The notes under the pieces are model-generated. The model worked only from the letters and a program-made list of their open reading frames with translations, searched no databases and was not told the origin of the DNA. This document shows positions 23,047-34,589 of a stretch of DNA of 64,000 nt, piece after piece. Numbering within the stretch: the stretch's first letter is position 1; every line of letters starts with the position of its first letter. Origin of the DNA: Scyliorhinus canicula (lineage: Eukaryota); the NCBI RefSeq assembly GCF_902713615.1, contig NC_052151.1, forward strand, positions 200,969,703 through 201,033,702, read 5' to 3'. The position numbers and the translations under genes are program-made.

Positions 23047-25902
23047 TTTAAGAGGGTGGGTAGGATAAGGCAGTGTCTCGGACATTTATAAGGAGCTTAT
23101 GGGGTCGGAGGAGACGCAGACCGAGGAGCTGAAGTGTAAGTGGGAGGAGGAGCTGGGAGGAGAGATAGAGGATGGTCTATGGGCAGACGCATTGAGTAGA
23201 GTCAACGCATCCGCAACATGTGCCAGGCTCAGCCTGATACAATTTAAGGTCGTTCATCGGGCTCATGTGACAGTGGCCCGGATGAGCAGATTCTTTGGGG
23301 TGGGAGACAGGTGCGCAAAATGTGCGGGAGGACCAGCGAACCATGTCCACATGTTCTGGGCATGTCCAAGGCTTAGGGGATTTTGGCAGGGGTTTGCGGA
23401 CGTCATGTCCACGGTGTTAAAAACAAGGGTGGCACTGAGTCCAAAGGTGGCGATTTTCAGGGTGTTGGAAGACCTGGGAATCCAGGAACAAAGAACAAAG
23501 AAAATTACAGCACAGGAACAGGCCCTTCGGCCCTCCCAGCCTGCGCCGATCCAGATCCTTTATCTAAACCTGTCTCCTATTTTCCCTCTGTTCCCGTCCG
23601 TTCATATACCTGTCCAGATGCCTCTTAAATGATGCTATCGTGCCCGCCTGTACCACCTCCGCTGGTAAAGCGTTCCAGGCACCCACCACCCTCTGCGTAA
23701 AAAACTTTCCACGCACATCTCCCTTATACTTTCCCCCTCTCACCTTGAAATCGTGACCCCTTGTAACTGACACCCCACTCTTGGAAAAAGCTTGTTGCTA
23801 TCCACCCTGTCCATACCTCTCATAATTTTGTAGACCTCAATCAGGTCCCCCGTCAACCTCCGTCTTTCCAACGAAAACAATTCTAATCTACTCAACCTTT
23901 CTTCATAGCTAGCACCCTCCATACCAGGCAACATCCTGGTGAACCTCCTCTGCACCCTCTCCAAAGCATCCACATCCCTCTGGTAATGTGGCGACCAGAA
24001 CTGCACGCAGTATTCCAAATGTGGCCTAACCAAAGTCCGATACAACTGTAACATGACCTGTCTACTCTTGTACTCAATACCCCGTCTGATGAAAGCAAGC
24101 ATGCTGTATGCCTTCTTGACAACTCTATCCACCTGCGTTGCCACCTTCAGGGTACAATGGACCTGAACTCCCAGATCTCTCTGTACATCAATTTTCCCCA
24201 GGACCCTTCAATTGACCATATAATCCGCTCTTGAATTTGATCTTCCAAAATGCATCACCTCGCATTTGCCTGGATTGAACACCATCTGCCATTTCTCTGC
24301 CCAACTCTCCAATCTATCTATATTTTGTTGTATTCTCTGAAAGTCCTCCTCGCTATCTGCAACTCCACCAATCTTAGTATCATCTGCAAACTTGCTAATC
24401 AGACCCCCTATACCTTCCTCCAGGTCATTTATGTAGATCACAAACAACAGTGGTCCGAGCACGGATCCCTGTGGAACACCACTAGTCACCCTTCTCCATT
24501 TTGAGACACTCCCTTCCACCACTAATCTCTGTCTCCTGTTGCCCAGCCAGTTCTTTATCCATCTATCTAGTACACCGTGAACCCCATATGACATCTTTTT
24601 CCATCAACCTGCCATGGGAAACCTTATCAAACGTCCATGTATATGACATCTACAGCCCTTCCCTCATCAATTAACTTTGTCACTTCCTCAAAGAATTCTA
24701 TTAGGTTTGTAAGACATGACCTTCCCTGCACAAAACCATGCTGCCTATCACTGATAAGTCTATTTTCTTCCAGATGTGAATAGATCCTATCCCTCAGTAT
24801 CTTCTCCAACAGTTTGCCTACCACTGACGTCAAGCTCACAGGTCTATAATACCCTGGATTTTCCCTGCTACCCTTCTTAAACAAAGGGACAACATTAGCA
24901 ATTCTCCTGTCCTCCGGGACCTCACCCGTGCTCAAGGATGCTGCAAAGATATCTGTTAAGGCCCCAGCTATTTCGACCCTCGCTTCCCTCAGCAACCTGG
25001 GATAGATCCCATCCGGTCCTGGGGACTTGTCCACCTTAATGTCTTTTAGAATACCCAAAACTTCCCCCTTCCATATGACAACTTGACCTAGAGTATTTAA
25101 ACATCCATCCCTAGTCTCAACATCCGACATGTCCCTCTCCTTGGTGAATACCGATGCAAAGTACTCATTAAGAATCTCACCCATTTCCTCTGAGTCCACG
25201 CATAAATTCCCTCTTTTGTCTTTGAGTGGGCCAATCCTTTCTCTAGTTACCCTCTTGCTCCTTACATATGAATAAAAGGCTTTGGGATTTTCCTTAACCC
25301 TGTTAGCCAAAGATATTTCATGACCCCTTTTAGCCCTCTTTATTGCGCGTTTGAGATTCGCCCTACTTTCCCGATATTCCTCCAAAGCTTCATCAGTTTT
25401 GAGTCGCCTCGATCTTATGTATGCTTCCTTTTTCATCTTAGCTCGTCTCACAATTTCACCCGTCATCCATGGTTCCCTAATCTTGCCATTTCTATCTCTC
25501 AGACGGTCTGGCCTTTGCTTCCCTGGTAGCCCGGAGACGGATACTATTAGCTTGGAGGGACTGAAAGCCCCCGAAGTCGGAGACCTGGCTATCGGACATG
25601 GCTAGCTTTCTCTGTTTGGAGAAAATCAAGTTCGCCTTGAGAGGGTCAATGTTAGGGTTCACCCGGAGGTGGCAACCGTTCGTCAACTTCTTCGCAGAAA
25701 ATTAATCGGCAGCAGAAGGTGGGGGGGGGGGGGGGGGGGGGGGGGGTAGTTTAGCTTAGAGTAGGGGGTTAATAAAGGTGGGGCCTGTAAGAGAGGGAGT
25801 CGGCTTTTGCACTATGTTTATAGTTTCATATCCATTGTTTATTGTGTTGTTGCTATAATACCAAAAAATACCTCAATAAAATGTTTACTAAAAAGAAAAA
25901 AA
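23047..25902 (+). mobile_element. 5'-truncated L1-clade LINE (ORF2 C-terminal Cys-rich domain, 3' UTR, A-tail), split by a CR1
   Basis: CAKCAGGPANHVHMFWAC motif; resumes at 25501 (LAFASLVARRRILLAW); aataaa plus A-tail; 13-bp TSD GAAGGCATAYGGC (23034-23046 and 25903-25915). Confidence 0.85.
23486..25500 (-). mobile_element. 5'-truncated CR1 LINE (about 2 kb)
   Basis: ORFs 24627-25466, 24208-24594 and 23740-24144 with KSPGPDGIYP, QHGFVQGRSCLTNL, YINDL, KFADDTK; 3' tail gaacaaagaacaaag. Confidence 0.92.
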
Positions 25903-26567
25903 GAAGGCATACGGCATACTTGCCTTCATCGGCTGGGGCATTGAGTTTAAAAATTGGCAAGTCATGTTGCAGCTGTATAGACCTTAGTTAGGCCTCATTT
26001 GGAGTATAGAGTTCAATTCTGGTTGCCACACTACCAGAAGGATGTGGAGGCTTTAGAGAGGGTGCAGAAGAGATTTACCAGGATGTTGCCTGGTATGGAG
26101 GGCATTAGCTATGAGGAGCGGTTGGAGAAGTTTGGTTTATTCTCACTGGAACGACGGAGGTGGAGGGGCGACCTGATAGAGGTCTACAAAATTATGAGGG
26201 ACACAGAGTGCATGATCAGAGGCTTTTCCCCGGGTAGAGGGGTCAATTACTAGGGGGCATAGGTTTAAGGTGCGAGGGGCAAGGTTTAGAGGAGATGTAC
26301 GAGGCAAGTGTTTTACACAGAGGTTAGTGGGTGCCTGGAACTCGCTGCCGGAGAAGGTGGTGGAAGTAGGTACGATAGTGACATTTAAGGGGCATCTTGA
26401 CAAATACATGAATAGGATGGGAATAGAGGGATATGGACCCAGGAAGTGTGGAAGGTTCCAGGTTAGACGGGCAGCATGGTCGGCATAGGCTTGGAGGGCC
26501 GAAGGGCCTGTTCCTGTGCTGTACTTTTCTTTGTTCTTTCACACAGAGAGAAACAGAGAAGAGAGAG

Positions 26568-26874
26568 TGTGGTGAATGTATAGTACTAGTAATTCACCAG
26601 TCTATCAGTATCATGTTCTGCCATTGTGTTACAGCTATGTTATGTTGTTGACCCTGTGGGCTCCACCTTTGGGCCATTGTGTGGCTTCACCCACAGGGGG
26701 ATATGTTGGGGGATGTACGGGCTCCGCCCATGGCTCCTCCCCTTGAAAGGAATTATAAAGAGCAGTTGACCTGTAGGCGGTCCACAGTATTGTACCAGTC
26801 GCAGGCAGGCACTGTTCTAAGCTGATTAAAACCTCGGTTTGATTCTGCTCGTGTCTTTGAGTGAATTGATGGTC
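26568..26874 (+). mobile_element. LTR of E1-related family, ending in an assembly gap (probably solo)
   Basis: Starts TGTGGTGAA; shares gcaggcaggcactgttcta..gattaaa..gaattgatggtc with the E1 LTR. Confidence 0.8.
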
Positions 26875-27167
26875 NNNNNNNNNNNNNNNNNNNNNNNNNN
26901 NNNNNNNNNNNNNNNNNNNNNNNNNNNNNNNNNNNNNNNNNNNNNNNNNNNNNNNNNNNNNNNNNNNNNNNNNNNNNNNNNNNNNNNNNNNNNNNNNNNN
27001 NNNNNNNNNNNNNNNNNNNNNNNNNNNNNNNNNNNNNNNNNNNNNNNNNNNNNNNNNNNNNNNNNNNNNNNNNNNNNNNNNNNNNNNNNNNNNNNNNNNN
27101 NNNNNNNNNNNNNNNNNNNNNNNNNNNNNNNNNNNNNNNNNNNNNNNNNNNNNNNNNNNNNNNNNNN
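26875..27167. other. Assembly gap (293 N) in FCER1G intron 5
   Basis: N run. Confidence 1.
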
Positions 27168-27242
27168 GATAGAGGCAGGGAGAGACACAGACAGACAGAG
27201 AGAGAGAGAGACAGAGGCAGGGAGAGATAGAGATGGTCTCAC

Positions 27243-27263
27243 CGTGTAGATTCCTTCTTCTTT
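27243..27263 (-). CDS. FCER1G: FcR gamma-type gene exon 5 (KEEGIYT)
   Basis: cctcttctcccaaacag| acceptor and ACG|GTGAGA donor; 21 nt, the same size as human KSDGVYT. Confidence 0.92.
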
Positions 27264-27344
27264 CTGTTTGGGGAGAAGAGGAAATGATAGTTTAAACTTT
27301 GGTAAATGGCATGAACACATATCACACATTGGAATATTCATTGT

Positions 27345-27560
27345 GTGGCCAGAGTTCAGACAGCACGATGTGTACACAGCTGGATAAATAGAAAATTCAG
27401 GACAGGTACAGCACGGGGTTAGATACACAGTAAAGTTCACTCTACACTGTCCCCATCAAACACTCCCAGGACAGGTACAGCACGGGGTTGGATACAGAGT
27501 GAAGCTCCCTCTACACTGTCCCCATCAAATACTCCCAGGACAGGTACAGCACGGGGTTAG
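27345..27560. repeat. 69-bp satellite (about 3 copies, reverse orientation to 52245-53463)
   Basis: cagcacggggttagatacacagtaaag...ccccatcaaacactcccaggacaggta. Confidence 0.85.
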
Positions 27561-30500
27561 TGTGGTAGTCACCACTGTTTGTATAATACGTGTATTGGAG
27601 GTAATACGGTATGGCTCCTGTATTACAGGTACGGGGGTAGATCCCTGCCAGCTGGCTCCGCCCAGTAGGCGGAGTATAAATGTCTGTGCACACCGAGCTG
27701 CTGCCATTTCTGGTAGCAGCTGCAGGAGGCAATACATCTCTGGCTAATAAAGCCTCGATTATTCTCTACTCTTGTCTCGTCGTAATTAATAGTGCATCAA
27801 TTTATTAAGCAGAGATATTACAGCGATGGAACTTCGTATCAAGCCTGATCGCCTACAGCTGCACCCGTAAGCAGCCAACGCCACGTCGACCTTCGACCAC
27901 TGGCTAGCCTGTTTCGAGAGCTACCTCCGATCCGCAAAGGACCAACCCTCGGAAGAACAGAAGCTCCGGGTCCTTTACGCACGGGTGAGCTCTGATATTT
28001 TTCCCCTTATCCGGGATGTGCCCACTTACACTGAAGCAATGCAGCTCCTGAAAAAACATTATATTCGCCCGATCAACAAACTGTACGGCAGGCACCTCCT
28101 GTCCACGAGACAGCTACTCCCTGATGAGTCTTTAGACGATTTCTGCCGTGCCCTGCACATCCTGGCGAGGAACTGTGATTGCCAGGCAGTTTTGGCAGTC
28201 GAACATGGAGAACTTTTAATCAGGGACACTTTTGTTATGGACATGGGGTCAGTGTACATGTGCCAGCGCCAATTGGACGGGGGTACGTTTGACCTTGCGG
28301 CAACCAGGCAGCTCGCGAATTCGCTAACAGTAGCCTCCCGTAACGTACAGTCGTACGCTCCCGACCGCTCGGCACCCTCATCGTGGGCCCCACCAGCTTC
28401 CGCCCCCAGCCCACCCCAAGCCTGCGCCGCAAGGCAGCCAGCCAATCCCAGGGGGCCCAAATGCTACTTCTGCGGGCAGACTAAACACCCCCGCCAGCAC
28501 TGCCCGGCGCGGAGCGCACCCTGCAAGGCCTGCGGGAAGAAGGGACCGCATTGCTGCGGTGTGCCAGGCCCGGTCGATCGCTGCTGTAACCAGCCCTATT
28601 GTTCCTGCAGCCGCCACGTGCGACCCTTGGCCGCCGCCATTTTCGCCCCCGCAACCCACATGCGTGGGCGCAGCCACTTTCCCTTCATCAGGCCCATGGG
28701 TGCCGCCATCTTCCCCCCCATCAGACCACTTGCGGCCTGTGGGCACCGCCATCTTTAAAGCCACCATCTTCGGCGCCATTTTGGACGGTGCCTCAGGACA
28801 CCTCATCGGGGCCACTCATCTCCCACAACCGCCGCCGACCAGCCCGGGGCCCACCAACGCCAGCCGCAGCTCGCCTCCATCACGCTCGACCAGTCACGGC
28901 CACACAACCTCGCAACCACGGAAACGACGGTGAAAGTCGATGGCCAGAAGACATCATGCCTTCTCAATTCCGGGAGCACCGAGAGCTTCATTCACCCCGA
29001 TACGGTAAGGCGCTGCTCCCTCACGGTCCATCCCATCAATCTCCCTGGCCTCCGGATCCAACTCCGTGTCGGTCCGGGGGTACTGCACCGCCACCCTCAC
29101 CATCCAGGGCATGGAGTTCAGCTGCTTCCAGCTCTACGTCCTCCCCAACCTCTGCGCTGCCCTGCTACTCGGCCTGGACTTCCAGTGCAACCTCCAAAGT
29201 CTAACCCTGAAATTCGGCGCGCCCCTACCACCCCTCACCGTATGCTGCCTCACGACCCTTAAGGTCGACCCGCCTTCTCTGTTTGCAAACCTCACCCCGG
29301 ATTGCAAACCCGTCGTCACCAGGAGCAGACGGTACAGCGCCCAGGACAGGACCTACATCAGGTCTGAGGTCCAGCGGCTGCTACGGGAAGGTATTATCGA
29401 GGCCAGCAACAGCCCCTGGAGAGCTCAACTAGTAGTTGTGAAGACTGGGGAGAAACACAGGATTGGTCATTGACTACAGTCAGACCATCGATCGGTACAC
29501 GCAGCTCGATGCGTACCCCCTCCCACGCATATCTGATACGGTCAATCAGATTGCGCCGAGTACCGGGTCTTCGCTACAGTGGACCTTAAATCTGCCTACC
29601 ACCAGCTCCCCATCCGCAAGGCGGACCGTCAGTACACTGCGTTCGAAGCAGACGGACGCCTTTACCACTTCCTTAGGGTTCCCTTCAACGCCACTAACGA
29701 GGTCTCGGTCTTCCAACGGGAGATGGACCGAATGGTTGACCGGTACGGACTGTGGGCCACCTTCCCATACCTGGATAACATCACCATCTGTGGTCACAAC
29801 CAGCAGGACCACGACGCTAACCTTTTCAAATTTCTCCACACCGCCAAACTCCTCAACCTCACGTACAATAAGGAGAAATGCGTGTTCTGCACCAACGGCT
29901 TAGCCATCCTCGGCTATGTTGTGGAAAATGGAGTTCTAGGGCCCAACCCCGGCCGCATGCGCCCCCTCATGGAACTCCCCCTCCCCCACTGCCCCAAGGC
30001 CCTCAAACGATGTCTGGGGATTTTCTCCTACTATGCCCAGTGGGTCCCTAACTATGCGGACAAGGCCCGCCCACTCATTCAGTCCACAGTTTTCCCCCTG
30101 ACGGCTGAGGCCCGCCAGGCCGTCAACCGTATCAAGGCCGACATCGCCAAGGCCACAATGCACGCGGTCGACGAGTCCCTCCCCTTTCAAGTCGAGAGCG
30201 ATGCATCGGACGTCGCTTTGGCCGCCACCCTCAACCAGGCAGGCAGGCCCGCGGCATTCTTTTCCCGCACCATCCGTGCCTCCGAAATTCGGCACTCCTC
30301 TGTCGAAAAGGAGGCCCAAGCTCATAGAAGCTGTGCGGCATTGGAGGCATTACCTGGCCGGCAGGAGATTCACTCTCCTCACTGACCAACGGTCGGTTGC
30401 CTTCATGTTTAATAATACACAGCGGGGCAAGATCAAAAACGATTAAATCTTAAGGTGGGAGGATCGAGCTCTCTACCTACAATTACGAGATTTTGTATCG

Positions 30501-31917
30501 CCCCAGCAAGCTCAACGATCCCCCGATGCCCTGTCCCGAGGTACATGTGCCAGCGCACAAGTGGACCGACTCCGGGCCCTACACAATAGTCTCTGTCACC
30601 CGGGGGTCACCCGGTTCTTCCATTTCATCAAGGCGCACAACCTGTCCTATTCCATTGAGGAGGTCAGGGCTGTCACCAGAGACTGCCAGGTCTGCGCGGA
30701 GTGCAAACCGCACTTCTACCGGCCAGACCGAGCACACCTGGTGAAGGCCTCCAGTCCCTTTGAACGCCTCAGCATGGACTTCAAAGGGCCCCTCCTCTTC
30801 TCCGACTGAAACACGTACTTCCTGAACGTGGTCGATGAATACTCCAGATTTCCCTTCGCCATCCCATGCCCCGATATGACGTCTGCCACGGTTATTAAAG
30901 CACTCAACAGCATCTTCTCCCTGTTCGGCTTCCCTGCCTACGTCCACAGCGACCGGGGATCCTCATTTATGGGCGATGAGCTGCGTCAGTTCCAGCTCAG
31001 CAAGGGCATTGCCTCGAGCAGGATGACCAGCTACAACCCCCGGGGAAACGGGCAGGTAGAGAGGGAGAATGGGACGGTCTGGAAGGCCGTCCTGCTGGCC
31101 CTACGGCCTACAAATCTCCCGGTCTCCCGCTGGAAGGATGTCCTCCTCGACCCACTCCACTCCATCCGATTGCTACTCTGCACCGCGACTAATGAACCCC
31201 CCATAAACGTCTCCTTGCCTTCCCTGGGAAGTCCACCTCCGGTGTTTTGCTCCCAACATGGCTGGCAGCTCCAGGACCCGTTCTCCTCCGCAAACATGTC
31301 CTGCTCCACAAGGCGGACCCGTTGGTCGAATGGGTACAGCTGCTGCTTGGGAACCCGCAGTACACCTACGTGGTGTACCCCGACGGCCGCAAATACACAG
31401 TCTCCCTCAGGGACCTGGCACCAGCTGGGTCCCCACCCATTACCCCACCACTCGGCACCCCCCCCCCCCCTCCGATTGCCCCGGCGCCACTCCCCCTCCC
31501 CCTAGCGCACCTCACTACAGCCCCCGCCCCAGGATGATCCGTCCTCCCATTGGTTCCACCAGGGGATGAGGATGAGGACTACAAGCTCCCGGTGTCACAG
31601 GCGACCATGCCGGCGCCTGCATCACCACCGGGACTGCGGCGCTCACAGCGGAGGATCAAGGCACCTGACCGGCTGAACTTGTAAATTTTCACCAGACTGT
31701 AAACTTTAAATTCTCACATACCTGTAAATAGTTTAACACCACCCTCGCTGGACTCTTTTTTTCACGGGGTGAATGTGGTAGTCCCCACTGTTTGTATAAT
31801 ACGTGTATTGGAGGTAATACGGTAAGGCTCCTGTACTACAGGTATGGGGGTAGATCCCTGCCTGCTGGCTCCGCCCAGTAGGCGGAGTATAAATGTGTGG
31901 CCTCTCCGATCAGCCAT
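27561..31917 (+). mobile_element. Degenerate Gypsy LTR retrotransposon (element E2) filling FCER1G intron 4
   Basis: 5' LTR 27561-27799; gag ATG 27826 with a premature stop; protease LNSGS, RT FPYLDN, RNase H, integrase VHSDRG with frameshifts; PPT; 3' LTR 31774-31917 truncated; no TGG PBS. Confidence 0.93.
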
Positions 31918-31995
31918 CAGACGCAGAAAGCAGTTCTAATGCTGCGTCTCAGATTTAAGAGAATTGAAAGGGTGGAAATTTAAATTTCAACTCAC

Positions 31996-32070
31996 TGGCA
32001 TTTCCTTCCGAGATTCCATTTTCCCTGGATTTATTCCAAGATAAATGTCCTTCTGGTGGGCTCGTATTTC
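31996..32070 (-). CDS. FCER1G: FcR gamma-type gene exon 4 (extra ITAM exon EIRAHQKDIYLGINPGKMESRKEMP)
   Basis: tttgtatatttgacag| acceptor and CCA|GTGAGT donor; 75 nt, phase 0-0, no stop; the only unique sequence between two repeat blocks; completes ITAM YEEI-x7-YLGI. Confidence 0.85.
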
Positions 32071-32095
32071 CTGTCAAATATACAAATCGCAGACA

Positions 32096-33817
32096 TTAAC
32101 CCCCTCACCCACCTCTCCCCATTTACACACACTGGGCAGCCTGTTCCCCTATCGGAGGGGGGATTAACCCCCTCACCCACCTCTCCCCATTTACACACAC
32201 TGGGCAGCCTGTTCCCCTATCGGAGGGGGATTAACCCCCTCACCCACCTCTCCCCATTTACACACACTGGGCAGCCTGTTCCCCTATCGGAGGGGGGATT
32301 AACCCCCTCACCCACCTCTCCCCATTTACACACACTGGGCAGCCTGTTCCCCTATCGGAGGGTGATTAACCCCCTCACCCACCTCTCCCCATTTACACAC
32401 ACTGGGCAGCCTGTTCCCCTATCGGAGGGGGATTAACCCCCTCACCCACCTCTCCCCATTTACACACACTGGGCAGCCTGTTCCCCTATCGGAGGGGGGA
32501 TTAACCCCCTCACCCACCTCTCCCCATTTACACACACTGGGCAGCCTGTTCCCCTATCAGAGGGGGATTAACCCCCTCACCCACCTCTCCCCATTTACAC
32601 ACACTGGGCAGCCTGTTCCCCTATCGGAGGGGGGATTAACCCCCTCACCCACCTCTCCCCATTTACACACACTGGGCAGCCTGTTCCCCTATCGGAGGGG
32701 GGATAACCCCCTCACCCACCTCTCCCCATTTACACACACTGGGCAGCCTGTTCCCCTATCGGAGGGGGATTAACCCCCTCACCCACCTCTCCCCATTTAC
32801 ACACACTGGGCAGCCTGTTCCCCTATCGGAGGGGGATTAACCCCCTCACCCACCTCTCCCCAATTACACACACTGGGCAGCCTGTTCCCCTATCGGAGGG
32901 GGGATTAACCCCCTCACCCACCTCTCCCCATTTACACAGACTGGGCAGCCTGTTCCCCTATCGGAGGGGGATTAACCCCCTCACCCACCTCTCCCCATTT
33001 ACACACACTGGGCAGCCTGTACCCCTATCGGAGGGGGATTAACCCCCTCACCCACCTCTCCCCATTTACACACACTGGGCAGCCTGTTCCCCTATCGGAG
33101 GGGGGATTAACCCCCTCACCCACCTCTCCCCATTTACACACACTGGGCAGCCTGTTCCCCTATCAGAGGGGGATTAACCCCCTCACCCACCTCTCCCCAT
33201 TTACACACACTGGGCAGCCTGTTCCCCTATCGGAGGGGGATTAACCCCCTTACCCACCTCTCCCCATTTACACACACTGGGCAGCCTGTTCCCCTATCGG
33301 AGGGGGATTAACCCCCTCACCCACCCCTCCCCATTTACACACACTGGGCAGCCTGTTCCCCTATCGGAGGGGGATTAACCCCCTCACCCACCTCTCCCCA
33401 TTTACACACACTGGGCAGCCTGTTCCCCTATCGGAGGGGGATTAACCCCCTCACCCACCTCTCCCCATTTACACACACTGGGCAGCCTGTTCCCCTATCG
33501 GAGGGGGATTAACCCCCTCACCCACCTCTCCCCATTTACACACACTGGGCAGCCTGTTCCCCTATCGGAGGGGGGATTAACCCCCTCACCCACCTCTCCC
33601 CATTTACACACACTGGGCAGCCTGTACCCCTATCGGAGGGGGATTACCCCCCTCACCCACCTCTCCCCATTTACACACACTGGGCAGCCTGTTCCCCTAT
33701 CGGAGGGGGATTAACCCCCTCACCCACCTCTCCCCATTTACACACACTGGGCAGCCTGTTCCCCTATCGGAGGGGGATTAACCCCCTCACCCACCTCTCC
33801 CCATTTACACACACTGG
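32096..33817. repeat. 67/68-bp minisatellite, about 25 near-identical copies
   Basis: ttaaccccctcacccacctctccccatttacacacactgggcagcctgttcccctatcggaggggga. Confidence 0.95.
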
Positions 33818-34135
33818 GCGACGATTGTATTTGGATTGAGTGGAGTGACGATTGTATTTGGACTGAGTGGAGCGACGATTGTATTTGGACTGAGTGAAGC
33901 GACGATTGTATTTGGATTGAGTGGAGCGACGATTGTATTTGGACTGAGTGGAGTGACGTTTGTATTTGGACTGAGTGGAGCGACGATTGTATTTGGACTG
34001 AGTGGAGCGACGATTGTATTTGGATTGAGTGGAGTGACGTTTGTATTTGGACTGAGTGGAGCGACGATTGTATTTGGATTGAGTGGAGTGACGATTGTAT
34101 TTGGACTGAGTGGAGCGACGATTGTATTTGAATTG
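33818..34135. repeat. 27-bp minisatellite, about 12 copies
   Basis: gcgacgattgtatttggactgagtgga. Confidence 0.92.
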
Positions 34136-34140
34136 AACAA

Positions 34141-34266
34141 TGATGCCCTGTTCCCGCCAGTCAGCTTCAGTCCTGTTTGATGCCGCTGTTCCCGCCAGTC
34201 AGCTTCAGTCCTGTTTGATGCCCTGTTCCCGCCAGTCAGCTTCAGTCCTGTTTGATGCCGCTGTTC
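34141..34266. repeat. 37/38-bp repeat, about 3.5 copies
   Basis: tgatgccctgttcccgccagtcagcttcagtcctgtt. Confidence 0.85.
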
Positions 34267-34344
34267 GTATTTTTTTGGGCCACCCAGGAAACATACCTCC
34301 CGTCTCCCAAAACACCAGCACACAAATGCCTCACAGTTTCTTAC

Positions 34345-34395
34345 CTCATAATCTGAGCCCTGAGCAGCTGCTGACTCCTTCTTGCGCATCTGGAG
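34345..34395 (-). CDS. FCER1G: FcR gamma-type gene exon 3 (LQMRKKESAAAQGSDYE)
   Basis: ctcttgatctttattcag| acceptor and GAG|GTAAGA donor; 51 nt, phase 0-0; homologous to human IQVRKAAITSYE. Confidence 0.92.
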
Positions 34396-34589
34396 CTGAA
34401 TAAAGATCAAGAGAATAGCATCAATTAACCTTTCTGTGCGAGACACAAGACCTCACTCCTGGCATTCCCTATTCCGCCCCTCTTCAAAAGGAACGCAATC
34501 AATCACCCTGTCCCCACTGGCTTCAAATTGAGTCTCGGCAAATCAGCTCTCACATAATTCCAAAAATCTGGGGACGCCTCACCCAACAC

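Larger units (their letters stand above)
22530..26540 (+). mobile_element. CR1 LINE (22530-23046 and 25903-26540) split by an L1 insertion
   Basis: KLADNTKVGG RT motif on the left; RPHLEYRVQFW on the right; ends tttctttgttcttt. Confidence 0.85.

Noticed and set aside
26875-27167. Hidden FCER1G exon in the gap
   Set aside because: Exons 5 and 6 already join in frame to form a canonical ITAM; the flanks are LTR and GA repeat
34345-34389. Alternative downstream acceptor (ctccag|ATG) for exon 3
   Set aside because: The upstream acceptor keeps LQ, matching human IQ; the shorter form is possible but unsupported
33805-34446. 213-aa minus ORF as a gene
   Set aside because: Only 34345-34395 is a real exon; the rest is read-through into intron and 27-mer repeats
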